DNA of 64,000 bases from NCBI GenBank assembly GCA_021161465.1, contig JAGHAM010000023.1, positions 8,895 to 72,894 on the forward strand, read 5' to 3'. The DNA is from Candidatus Iainarchaeum sp. (lineage in GTDB: Archaea; B1Sed10-29; WALL01; JAGHAM01). Positions 39,176 through 47,953 of this stretch are shown in pieces. A model generated the notes under the pieces. It was not told the DNA's origin, ran no database searches, and was given only the letters and a program-made list of their open reading frames with translations. Both the position numbers and the translations under genes were made by a program. How positions within the stretch are numbered: position 1 is the stretch's first letter; each line of letters begins with the position of its first letter.

Positions 39176-39548
39176 AGGTGAAAACTTGAGAACAAGTGAG
39201 ATAAAACTAAACAAGAAAGGTTTTCTCCCGCTTATAGCTGGGATTCCAACAGCCTTGATAGTTTTGATAGTGGTAATACTCCTACTGGTGCTAAGCCCTG
39301 CTATCCTTATGCAAATTCGTGAAATAAAGCTGCTTTTCCAGATATTCGCTGCGATAATCATTCTCTCATGGGTCAGAAACACCGTTGGCCCTGGGATGGT
39401 ATCAATCCTGATAAGCTTAATCCTGATATATATCTTCGTCCTTATGGTCCCCGAACTTCTCGGCGCGATATGGGCAATGTACATCCTGTTGACATTCGGC
39501 TTGTGGTCAATGATATTCTGGGGTCTGCCTTTGATTTTCAGGAAGTGA
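39150..39548 (+). CDS. small membrane protein (about 4 TM), array member 2
   Basis: 132 aa. Overlaps the previous gene by 26 nt. The alternative internal start is uncertain. Confidence 0.4.
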   Translation: MEGGPHQYEGENLRTSEIKLNKKGFLPLIAGIPTALIVLIVVILLLVLSPAILMQIREIKLLFQIFAAIIILSWVRNTVGPGMVSILISLILIYIFVLMVPELLGAIWAMYILLTFGLWSMIFWGLPLIFRK

Positions 39549-39635
39549 TTAAAAATGAAGAGTATAATGTTGAGTGCCTGTCAGAAGAGCATAAAGTTAA
39601 ATAGCGGTATTGCAAAAAAATAACTTGGTGGATAG

Positions 39636-39878
39636 ATGGGAGACATAGTCAATGATTTGAGAGTGGCTCTGACACTAGTCGTACTTGTCTACCTTGCCCA
39701 GTGGGCCATCGCTGGCACGGGCTCCAGGAAAGTAGGGATAATAGTTGCACTGGTAATAGTGTACCTAACAGTCTGGCAACACCTCATGGTTCTTATCATC
39801 GTGATAGCATTCTTCTTCGGATACGCTTTCTTTGAAGCCTTTGAGAGCACGTTTATACCACTGGATCAGGGAGGTTGA
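39636..39878 (+). CDS. small membrane protein (2-3 TM), array member 3
   Basis: 80 aa: MGDIVNDLRVALTLVVLVYLAQWAIAG... Confidence 0.4.
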   Translation: MGDIVNDLRVALTLVVLVYLAQWAIAGTGSRKVGIIVALVIVYLTVWQHLMVLIIVIAFFFGYAFFEAFESTFIPLDQGG

Positions 39879-39879
39879 A

Positions 39880-40176
39880 ATGGACACTTTTACTCTCGTA
39901 GTATTCCTGATTCTGATAATAATAGCCATACAGGCTAAAGTCTATGCAATAGCGCTGCTCCTAATGGCATTCCTCTTGTTCACCCTTAAGTCAAGAACTA
40001 TGATATTGATTGCAATAGTGGCTGGAGTTATAGGGTTCTTCTTAAACTATTCGTTCAATGTGGAGTTGCAGGTAATAATGATATTGATTGTGGTCCTGCT
40101 CCTTGCTGGTGCCATGCTCACTTCAAGGAGTGAGGGACCTGGCTCATATACGCCAAGTGCCTTTGGGGTGTTTTGA
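39880..40176 (+). CDS. small hairpin membrane protein, MDT/SAFG family member 1
   Basis: ATG 39880 is preceded by GGAGGT. N-terminal MDTFTLVVFLILIII, two TM helices, C-terminal ...GPGSYTPSAFGVF. The ORF-track start at 39832 is probably too long. Confidence 0.5.
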   Translation: MDTFTLVVFLILIIIAIQAKVYAIALLLMAFLLFTLKSRTMILIAIVAGVIGFFLNYSFNVELQVIMILIVVLLLAGAMLTSRSEGPGSYTPSAFGVF

Positions 40177-40517
40177 TGGATACTCTGACCCTTTTGCTGC
40201 TGTCACTGATAGTTATCGTTGGATTCTACACTGAATGGTGGGTTGCACTGATTGGGGTAGTCCTTCTGGTCGCGTATATTTATGGTGCAAGAGAGGGGAC
40301 ACACGCGCCAGCACCTGCTGGTGGGGTCAAGGTGCGACCAATAATCGTACAAAGGCGTTACGTTGGTCCTGAATCAATATACCCAAGAGTGATGAAGATG
40401 AGAATCAGGCCTGACTGGGATACCAGACCGTGGTTTGAACAGGCATCCGGGGCATTTGGGCGCTTAATGGGATGGGCAACCAACGCTGGCAAACCAAGCA
40501 GCAAGAGTGAAGACTGA
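40176..40517 (+). CDS. small hairpin membrane protein, MDT/SAFG family member 2
   Basis: MDTLTLLLLSLIVIV, two TM helices, PAPAGGVKVRPIIVQ, C-terminal ...ASGAFGRLMGW. The ATG overlaps the previous stop (TGATG). Confidence 0.5.
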   Translation: MDTLTLLLLSLIVIVGFYTEWWVALIGVVLLVAYIYGAREGTHAPAPAGGVKVRPIIVQRRYVGPESIYPRVMKMRIRPDWDTRPWFEQASGAFGRLMGWATNAGKPSSKSED

Positions 40518-40573
40518 CAAACCATCAACATTTTTGCAGAAGATTTAAATAATTGAACTCCGATATTTTAATG

Positions 40574-40948
40574 ATGGACAGGCCAATAGGGTTAATGGTA
40601 ATAGTTATAATACTATCAGTTGTGACTAAAGTTTACTGGCTGGCCATACTAGTTGGTATAGCAGCATTACTGGTGGCTATAGCCAGCATTGAGATAAAAC
40701 GACCAAGTCCAGTCCCATCTGGCGGCAAAGAAGAAGAGATATTAACACCTGTGATAGTTCAGGATGTTGGGGAACCGCCGTACCTTTACCCGCCAAACTT
40801 TGACTTGAAGTTAAAACCCAATGAATCGCTCATGCCATTGTATGATATAGCTGCTGGTTCATTTGGCAAGCTGTTCAGAGCAATTTATCGAACCGCCCGC
40901 GGGGACAGCCTCAGGAACTTGTCCCCAAAGAAGGTGAAGTGGAGGTAA
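40574..40948 (+). CDS. small hairpin membrane protein, MDT/SAFG family member 3
   Basis: MDRPIGLMVIVIIL, two TM helices, PSGGKEEEILTPVIVQ, ...AAGSFGKLFRAI. Confidence 0.45.
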   Translation: MDRPIGLMVIVIILSVVTKVYWLAILVGIAALLVAIASIEIKRPSPVPSGGKEEEILTPVIVQDVGEPPYLYPPNFDLKLKPNESLMPLYDIAAGSFGKLFRAIYRTARGDSLRNLSPKKVKWR

Positions 40949-40952
40949 TGAC

Positions 40953-41318
40953 GTGGATACTGACCAGCTGCTGCTGTTGCTTGTAGTTTGCGCAGGGGCT
41001 TACCTCGCTGGATACCGCGGCCTTGCAATTGGCCTTGCCATAATCACAGGGCTAGTAGCTCTGGCTGGTGGCACAAAAAAGAGCAGAAAGTATCAAACGG
41101 TCGCTATTGGCGGCGTAAATGTGCGTGGTGCGGAAATGCTTGAGCCCATAATCATTGAAAGCACTAGGGGTGCCCCATTTAGGATACCCTCAGACATGGA
41201 CATGAGGATAAATCCCAAGTGGAGTGCGACTAACCTTATAGAAAAGGCAACACAGAAGGGGCTTGCTCCGTTCGCCAGGCTTATACACAGGATGTTTTAC
41301 AGGGGGAAGTCACAATGA
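40953..41318 (+). CDS. small hairpin membrane protein, MDT/SAFG family member 4
   Basis: GTG start preceded by GGAGGT. MDTDQLLLLLVVCAG, two TM helices, GGVNVRGAEMLEPIIIE, ...GLAPFARLIHRMF. Confidence 0.45.
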   Translation: MDTDQLLLLLVVCAGAYLAGYRGLAIGLAIITGLVALAGGTKKSRKYQTVAIGGVNVRGAEMLEPIIIESTRGAPFRIPSDMDMRINPKWSATNLIEKATQKGLAPFARLIHRMFYRGKSQ

Positions 41319-41749
41319 ACGCACTGATATTTGTAATAGCGCTGCTGGTAATAGGCGCGGTCTTTGGGTCTCCCTGGCTTGCTTTGATTAGCATTGGCGC
41401 AGTTTTCCTGACAGCAATAGCATTAGTAATCGAGAGAGCTGAACAACAGGCAGCCCCAGCAGGTGGGACTGGTAGAAAGCACAAGATAATACAAGCGTCC
41501 ATGGATGACTGGGACAACGATGACACCATGACATATATGATGGCCATGTCAGGCTCAAAGCCGATATCCTTAAAATCCCCTGAGGACCCAATGAAAGCCG
41601 TAACTAGTGCTTTTGGTGCAAAAGGAAAGATACCAGCCAGTGTCGTCAGAAATGTCCTGCCTTTCAGCAACTATGGCAGGGATTCTACGTTTGAGCACGT
41701 ATTCATTGGCCTTCCAGTCAGTATTGGCAAGTTGATATCAAAAAAATAG
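41315..41749 (+). CDS. small hairpin membrane protein, MDT/SAFG family member 5
   Basis: MNALIFVIALLVIG, two TM helices, AAPAGGTGRKHKIIQ, ...VTSAFGAKGKIP. Overlaps the previous gene by 4 nt. Confidence 0.45.
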   Translation: MNALIFVIALLVIGAVFGSPWLALISIGAVFLTAIALVIERAEQQAAPAGGTGRKHKIIQASMDDWDNDDTMTYMMAMSGSKPISLKSPEDPMKAVTSAFGAKGKIPASVVRNVLPFSNYGRDSTFEHVFIGLPVSIGKLISKK

Positions 41750-41757
41750 GTGAGAAA

Positions 41758-42411
41758 ATGAAAATTAGCAATTTTATCGTTGTTTGCGCACTCCTGACAA
41801 TGATGCCACTGGCCTCTACACAGGTCATAACGCCAGAAGATATACAAAAAGAAACTGGCTGTCAGGTCTATGACACTTACTGGCTATGCCCACAGACCAT
41901 CGTCCTGGAAAATATTCCATTAAAGTATACAACTAACTTAGTTTGCTATGAACTAGACAATGAAAGTTATGGTTGCTATGGCAATGCAATCTTGTTATCA
42001 GACGCGCACTACCAAGAGTGCCAGATTTATATCCCACTACTTGCAGGGAACGAGGTCGACTACACTAAGATGCAATATAACTACAACTGCCATGATAGGA
42101 AATGGAAGAGTGGTTCAACTGTCGAGCTACTCACATACCCTGACTTGTTAAATGGAATAGATTGCCATACCACTGAAAGCAATGACTCGTACTCTGAGAA
42201 AGCATGTAAAGCTAAAGGCCAAGCCATAGTGGCAAACGCTACAATTGACGAGGAAAACGGAACAAAATACCTAATCGTTATGAGCTCAAAGCCACAGACT
42301 GGTATTATTCCAAATCTACAGAATGGTATCGTTCTGGAGACATGGCAGTGGGTTGCCATTGCATTGTTTGTACTGGTTTTGGTGTGGATGTACCTAAAAA
42401 GGAGAAAATAG
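41758..42411 (+). CDS. secreted cysteine-rich protein with C-terminal TM anchor and basic tail
   Basis: Signal peptide MKISNFIVVCALLTMMPLASTQ, 10 Cys, C-terminal ETWQWVAIALFVLVLVWMYLKRRK. Confidence 0.55.
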   Translation: MKISNFIVVCALLTMMPLASTQVITPEDIQKETGCQVYDTYWLCPQTIVLENIPLKYTTNLVCYELDNESYGCYGNAILLSDAHYQECQIYIPLLAGNEVDYTKMQYNYNCHDRKWKSGSTVELLTYPDLLNGIDCHTTESNDSYSEKACKAKGQAIVANATIDEENGTKYLIVMSSKPQTGIIPNLQNGIVLETWQWVAIALFVLVLVWMYLKRRK

Positions 42412-42873
42412 CTACTTGGTATCGAGCCGTGTGAGCATTTTCTTGTTGATTTTGATTAAATCCTCGTTAAGCCTTTTTATTGAGGCGACCAGCGGTTTAA
42501 TCTCATCAACCTCTCTCTTTAAATCAGCCAATTCTTCCCTGATAGCCTTGGTATCCTCTCCAGTAGTTACGTTTTTCTCATGTATCTCGTTTAGATGGGC
42601 GTGTATCCTCTCAAAGTGCTCCCCATGTTCACCAAGCTTCTCCATGGCAGGCTTTAGGTGCTCACCGCTCTCAAGGAGCTTCACCGCCTGGTCTGCCTTC
42701 TCACTAACATCTGCTACAGTGGTCTCGGGATTCGCCGCTGCAATTATGTCTTCTATATCCTCATCGTTCAATCCCATCTGCTTCAGGTTTGAAACTATTT
42801 CTGTTTTGGTAACGCCTTGGGCATTCATCTCTTTTACTATCCCTACTATACGATTGAAGACAGATTTTTCCAT
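42412..42873 (-). CDS. hypothetical coiled-coil protein
   Basis: 153 aa, charged and helical, no identifiable motif. Confidence 0.4.
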   Translation of the reverse strand: MEKSVFNRIVGIVKEMNAQGVTKTEIVSNLKQMGLNDEDIEDIIAAANPETTVADVSEKADQAVKLLESGEHLKPAMEKLGEHGEHFERIHAHLNEIHEKNVTTGEDTKAIREELADLKREVDEIKPLVASIKRLNEDLIKINKKMLTRLDTK

Positions 42874-42988
42874 ATCTAAACCTCAAAGTATTTAAAGCAC
42901 GATGTAATAAAAGACAGATAACAGCTATATAAAGGATTAGGGTGGTCCAACGAAAACTCTTGAACTTCCTCATGGCCCTTGGAGAGAA

Positions 42989-44401
42989 GTGCTATCTGGA
43001 ATCTGGGATGAGAAGGAAGTCGCTTATTATGAGAATCCGGAGAAACGCATACTCATAGTTATATATGACAAGAAAGGGGATGAAATTGCCGGTGTTGTAA
43101 CACTGATGGCAAAGTTTTTCCTAGTTGAAGGAAATGCGACAGAACTTGCTTACTCTCTGGACAACACAATCCTCATCCAAAAAAGGACACCTTTATTTAA
43201 GGGTTCATTCATTGGGGTAGTCACGGACCCTACATACATAGAATATACACCAAGGAACTTGATTAATGAAACCGCTGAACTGTATAACAAACTTGACGAG
43301 AGAAACGCGGAAATCATGAGGAAAACTGGTGACTATAACATCAGCCTGATTTCGCTTGAATTTGCAGGTGACAAAACTAAGGAGCTATTCGGCGAGCCGC
43401 TTGCACTTCCAGCCATGGTTGTCAGGAAACCTGGTCCCAAGACTGTGATGGAAACGCCCGTGGGCAATGTAGTGCTTGGTATAGACTTAAAAGGCGAAAC
43501 AGTAAAGGAAGACATGAAGTCGTTTGCAGTTACAATCATAAGCGGCGACAAAACAAGGCTTATAACACATCTGATAGTCGAGGGTTTCATATTGAACGGC
43601 ACACCAAGCTTGATTTTTGATGGAAAGAACGAATTCACGCATCTCGATGAGCCAAACAGGCAGGCAACCGACCTGCAGAGCTATGACCCTGAGCTGGAGC
43701 CATTAAGCCTCCCTTTGAGAAGGTTTGTGCCTGGAAGTGATGTGTTTGTAAACTTAGATTCACTTAATGAAAAATTATTCGCAAACATAGCAGGGATAAA
43801 ACAAGGGAAAGAAACCGAGTTAGTGAGTGAAGTGCTCTCAAAAAAAGACATCAAGTCGCTTGGTGAACTGGCTACAAAACTAGAGGAGTTTACAAGCGAA
43901 GATGATAAATACTATGCAGCCAGAGCGATAAGAATATGCAAACTTCTTGATGAAACCTATCCAGGAGTATTCAACGGTGCGGTTGAGCCCAACGAGCTAC
44001 TCGCCCCATGGATGAAAAGGATTGGGAGAGTCGCCCTCATAGACCTCAGTGGTATCGACAAGAGGATTGCTAAGGGTATAATTTATTCTGTGCTGACTAT
44101 CTTATACAAAAAGTTAAAGGAGGAATCATCCGGTGATGAAACGCGGATAGTGGTCGCTCTTGAGGACCGTGGTGGAGATGGAGAATACATTGATAAAGAG
44201 ACAAATGCCCTGATAAAGCTTTGCTCCTCCTATGGGATGGGGATATGCCTCAGAACGCCATCAGAAAGTAATGTTGACACGGACCTGTTCACGAATGCAA
44301 CTGCTAGAGTAAAATGCATAAATGAAAAAGAAGTGTCAGTGCACCTCCAAACAAAAAACCCGTATAGGGTGAAGCTTAGGCCTCCATTAAGTGCAGAATA
44401 A
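42989..44401 (+). CDS. hypothetical protein, possibly a degenerate P-loop/HerA-like fold
   Basis: 470 aa. Contains segments resembling ATPase cores (IISGDKTRLITHLIVEGF; GRVALIDLSGIDKRIAKG; RIVVALEDRGGDGE) but no intact GxxxxGK[ST]. Confidence 0.35.
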   Translation: MLSGIWDEKEVAYYENPEKRILIVIYDKKGDEIAGVVTLMAKFFLVEGNATELAYSLDNTILIQKRTPLFKGSFIGVVTDPTYIEYTPRNLINETAELYNKLDERNAEIMRKTGDYNISLISLEFAGDKTKELFGEPLALPAMVVRKPGPKTVMETPVGNVVLGIDLKGETVKEDMKSFAVTIISGDKTRLITHLIVEGFILNGTPSLIFDGKNEFTHLDEPNRQATDLQSYDPELEPLSLPLRRFVPGSDVFVNLDSLNEKLFANIAGIKQGKETELVSEVLSKKDIKSLGELATKLEEFTSEDDKYYAARAIRICKLLDETYPGVFNGAVEPNELLAPWMKRIGRVALIDLSGIDKRIAKGIIYSVLTILYKKLKEESSGDETRIVVALEDRGGDGEYIDKETNALIKLCSSYGMGICLRTPSESNVDTDLFTNATARVKCINEKEVSVHLQTKNPYRVKLRPPLSAE

Positions 44402-44403
44402 GT

Positions 44404-44892
44404 TTATAGTCTCGGCTTTTTTCCAGAGAGGACATTATTTACCTTCTTGTCTATGACCTCATTAAGCTCATCTATCGTGACGTATTCCAGTGGGTTAATG
44501 CTATCCAAAGTATATTTCAGCTCATCCACCTGTTGTTTCAGGTTAACCATAGTCTTCTTTAAGTCAGAGATCTCGCCGGTTAGCTGTGTTACAACTTCTG
44601 GAGCCGCCTGCACGACCTTTTGGTTTTCCGGCTTCTGCTTGCTTAGCTCGGCAATTATCTCCGCCTTAAGCTCTTCTTTCATGGTGCTGGATGCAGCAGG
44701 ACCTTTCATCTCTATCTCCTTCAACTTCTTGTTGTGGGACACGAGCGTCCTGCCTATGACCTGCTCATTCATCTCTATAATTTTAAGCCTCTGTGCCAGG
44801 AGCTTCATTTTTGCGTCTAAGGTGCTTATTGCACTCTCGATATCGCGCAACCCTATCGTTGCTTTCTCCCGTGTAATTCTCCTAGAAGGCAA
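44404..44892 (-). CDS. hypothetical coiled-coil protein
   Basis: 162 aa with heptad-like K/E/L periodicity. Confidence 0.4.
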   Translation of the reverse strand: MPSRRITREKATIGLRDIESAISTLDAKMKLLAQRLKIIEMNEQVIGRTLVSHNKKLKEIEMKGPAASSTMKEELKAEIIAELSKQKPENQKVVQAAPEVVTQLTGEISDLKKTMVNLKQQVDELKYTLDSINPLEYVTIDELNEVIDKKVNNVLSGKKPRL

Positions 44893-44958
44893 TCAACCAC
44901 CATTAAATAAGACTTTAACTCAATTAAGTATGTTTCAATATAAAAGCCTTGTGATACC

Positions 44959-47250
44959 ATGAAAGGCGTCTTAATTGATGTGGAGAGCGATAACCACATT
45001 ATAAAACTCTTCATAAAGGATACCGAAACAGGGAAAGTTGAAGAGGTAGTGGATAGCTCGTTCTACCCTTATTTCTACCTGCTTGGAGTGGATGAGGAAG
45101 ATGCAAAAAGCCTTGGGGAAGGGCTGAGAGGAATTGAGAGGAGCAAGGGCGCCCTGAAGATAATCGCTGAAAAGCCATCTGATGTTCCATACCTGAGGGA
45201 AAAAGCAAAAGAGATTGGTGAGATACGGGAATATGACATACCATATACTCAGAGGTATCTCATAGACAAAGGTCTGAAGCCCATGAAGCGCTACGAATGG
45301 GTTCTTGATGGGAACAAGCTCATCTCCTTTAAAGAGGATGTAGGTAAGTGGTCTGTAAGCAGGAAAGCTTTTGACATAGAAACCTATAACCCCCAAGGCA
45401 TGCCAAGGCCGTCACAAGACCCTGTTATAATGGCTTCCTTCTGGAATGAGGAACTGGGGAAGGTCATCACATGGAAGCCAGCAAAGGCTAGCTTCGTTGA
45501 GATGGTTGAAGACGAGAAGCGGCTTATAGCCAGGATAACTGAAGAGATAAACTCGGCAGATGTAATTTATACTTATAATGGAGACAACTTTGACCTGCCC
45601 TACATAAAGAAACGCGCTGACAACTATAAGATACCAACAGCCATAGACTTAAGGCGCGGGGGGCAAGGCACAAAAGCCAAGATAAGAGGAAAAATCCACT
45701 TAGATGCCTATCTTGGCGTTAATTTCCTAACAACTATAGGCTGGCTAAAGCTGCCGAGGTACAGACTGGAAGATGTATACAAGGAGTTCACTGGAAAAGA
45801 AAAGCTAGATATGGAGGTAACGGACCTTTGGAAGGACTGGGAGAACGGCACTATAGACAAGGTGACTGACTACTCGCTCCAGGATGCCGAGGCCGCATAT
45901 GTCATAGGCGAGAGACTGCTTCCCCTGTATGTGGAGTTCTGCAAACTCGTTGGGCAAACCATGTTTGATGTTTCAAGAATGAGCGCCTCCCAGATTGTTG
46001 AGCTGTTGCTACTGAAGAAAGCATTCCACAAGAAACAGATAGCCCCAAACAAGCCGACAGAACACGAGTTCGTATCGAGGATAAGAAAGCCAATAAAAGG
46101 GGCGTTCGTGAAGCAGCCCGAACCCGGGCTTCACGAGAACTTAGCCATCCTTGACTTCAGGTCTCTGTATCCCTCCATTATAATAAGCCATAATGTAAGC
46201 CCTGAAACCCTCAACTGCGAGTGCTGCAAAGATGATGGATATGTATCGCCAAACGGTTACCGTTTCTGCAAGAAAAAACGTGGCATAATTCCTGAGATGC
46301 TTGAGGAACTGTTAAGCAAGAGAGTTGAAGTGAAAAAACTGCTTAAGTCAACCAAGGACCCCGAAGAGAGGAAAAGGCTGGACGCAAAACAACAGGCTTT
46401 GAAGATAACAGCAAACGCCACTTATGGATACACACTGTTTGCAAGAGCGCGCTGGTATTGCAGAGAATGTGGTGAGGCCATAACAGCATGGGGAAGGCAC
46501 TACGTCCAGAACCTAATATCCCAGGCCGAAGAAACTGGGTTTAAAGTGCTTTACGCCGACACGGATTCCTGCTTCCTTGAGCTAAGGGATAAGACCAAAG
46601 AAGATGTGATTAAATTCCTCAAGGACTACAACAGCAAGCTACCGGAGGCCATGGAACTCGAGCTTGAAGGCTTTTACCCCAGAGGGATTTTTGTAACTAA
46701 GCGCGAGGGAGGGGCAGCCAAGAAGAGATACGCCCTTATACGCGAAGACGGGCAGGTAGAGATAACCGGGCTTGAGTTTGTTAGGAGGGATTGGAGTGGG
46801 CTTGCCAAAAAAACCCAGGAGAAAGTCATAAGGGCCATACTCGAGAACAAGATTGGAAAGGCCAAAGAGGTAGTTATGGACACGATAGATGCAATCAGGG
46901 AAGGAAAAGTGCCACTGGATGACCTAGTGATATACACGCAAATTAAGCGGAAGATAAGCAAATATGACGCTATTGGCCCCCATGTCAAAGCAGCAAAACG
47001 GCTTGAGGAAAGCGGAGTTAAAGTAGAGCCTGGTATGACGATAGGATATGTAGTGACGCAGGGAGCAGGCAATATAGGTGACAGGAGTTATCCTCCTCAG
47101 TTGATTGGAAACAGGAAACCAGATGTAGACTACTACATAAACAACCAGGTGCTACCCGCAGTTATGAAGATACTGTCAGAAGTAGGGATAAAAGAAGATG
47201 ATTTAAAGATAGGTGGGAAGCAAAGCGACCTTGGCCAATGGGTTGGCTAA
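44959..47250 (+). CDS. polB: family B DNA polymerase
   Basis: Exo I FDIETYN, Exo II YNGDNFDLPY, Exo III YSLQDAEAAY. Pol motif A DFRSLYPSIIISHN, motif B KITANATYGY, motif C YADTDS. 763 aa with no intein-sized insertions. Confidence 0.95.
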   Translation: MKGVLIDVESDNHIIKLFIKDTETGKVEEVVDSSFYPYFYLLGVDEEDAKSLGEGLRGIERSKGALKIIAEKPSDVPYLREKAKEIGEIREYDIPYTQRYLIDKGLKPMKRYEWVLDGNKLISFKEDVGKWSVSRKAFDIETYNPQGMPRPSQDPVIMASFWNEELGKVITWKPAKASFVEMVEDEKRLIARITEEINSADVIYTYNGDNFDLPYIKKRADNYKIPTAIDLRRGGQGTKAKIRGKIHLDAYLGVNFLTTIGWLKLPRYRLEDVYKEFTGKEKLDMEVTDLWKDWENGTIDKVTDYSLQDAEAAYVIGERLLPLYVEFCKLVGQTMFDVSRMSASQIVELLLLKKAFHKKQIAPNKPTEHEFVSRIRKPIKGAFVKQPEPGLHENLAILDFRSLYPSIIISHNVSPETLNCECCKDDGYVSPNGYRFCKKKRGIIPEMLEELLSKRVEVKKLLKSTKDPEERKRLDAKQQALKITANATYGYTLFARARWYCRECGEAITAWGRHYVQNLISQAEETGFKVLYADTDSCFLELRDKTKEDVIKFLKDYNSKLPEAMELELEGFYPRGIFVTKREGGAAKKRYALIREDGQVEITGLEFVRRDWSGLAKKTQEKVIRAILENKIGKAKEVVMDTIDAIREGKVPLDDLVIYTQIKRKISKYDAIGPHVKAAKRLEESGVKVEPGMTIGYVVTQGAGNIGDRSYPPQLIGNRKPDVDYYINNQVLPAVMKILSEVGIKEDDLKIGGKQSDLGQWVG

Positions 47251-47290
47251 AGCCACACATTCAATATGGAGAACGTGCTGATTTTTGAAC

Positions 47291-47842
47291 CTAGTTAAGA
47301 TTTACTCCATTAATAGCATCCTCAACAGCTGCTGCCAGCAAAGCCTTTGGGTGTAACTTGCCCTTGTGGTGGTCTACACGGTCTAATAGTTTCTTAATCA
47401 GATAATCGGTAGATTCTTCGCTAAGCCTCTTATCCCTCACTTCCTTGATAAGCGACTCATCATCCCCTCTTTTCAAGTGCTGCCTCAGATCATTTAACGC
47501 TTCCGCACGCACCTTCATGATTTCATTTCTCATGATTCTCCCATGTTTCTCTCTACCAGCACTAGCTTCTTTCTCAACTTCCTCGAGGGATGCACGAACC
47601 TCTTCCAGACTCCTTATGGCAGGCTCTGGTAGATGACTATGGCTGAGGATAAACTTCCTCTTCAGCCGTATCTCTTCACGGATTCGCTCTTCTGCAGACC
47701 CGCCTATGGGCATAAAATCACCTCTGGATGGGTTTTGTATTGAATTCATCGACCGCCTGCGCGCATAGCTGGTTCCATATAAACGGCCTTTGTTCCTTAA
47801 GTTCCTTCTCACTGTTGTAGCCTTTGTCCCTAGCAAGCTCAT
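47291..47842 (-). CDS. hypothetical charged protein (start uncertain)
   Basis: 183-aa ORF rich in R/K/E. Likely starts at the internal MNSIQNPS or MPIGG. Overlaps the 72-aa ORF 47718..47936 in another frame. Confidence 0.3.
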   Translation of the reverse strand: MSLLGTKATTVRRNLRNKGRLYGTSYARRRSMNSIQNPSRGDFMPIGGSAEERIREEIRLKRKFILSHSHLPEPAIRSLEEVRASLEEVEKEASAGREKHGRIMRNEIMKVRAEALNDLRQHLKRGDDESLIKEVRDKRLSEESTDYLIKKLLDRVDHHKGKLHPKALLAAAVEDAINGVNLN

Positions 47843-47936
47843 TGATTTTTTGAATTACGCGATACTTGTCGATTGCATTCATATTTTCAAACTTCTCTAG
47901 TGCAAGCTTCTCTTGCAAATGGATGGGGCCAGTCAT
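47718..47936 (-). CDS. hypothetical 72-aa protein
   Basis: ORF MTGPIHLQEKLALEKFENMNAIDKYRVIQKINELARDKGYNSEKELKEQRPFIWNQLCAQAVDEFNTKPIQR. Overlaps the downstream ORF by about 125 nt, so a frameshifted single gene is possible. Confidence 0.25.
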   Translation of the reverse strand: MTGPIHLQEKLALEKFENMNAIDKYRVIQKINELARDKGYNSEKELKEQRPFIWNQLCAQAVDEFNTKPIQR

Positions 47937-47953
47937 AAAATCACCTTAGTTAC

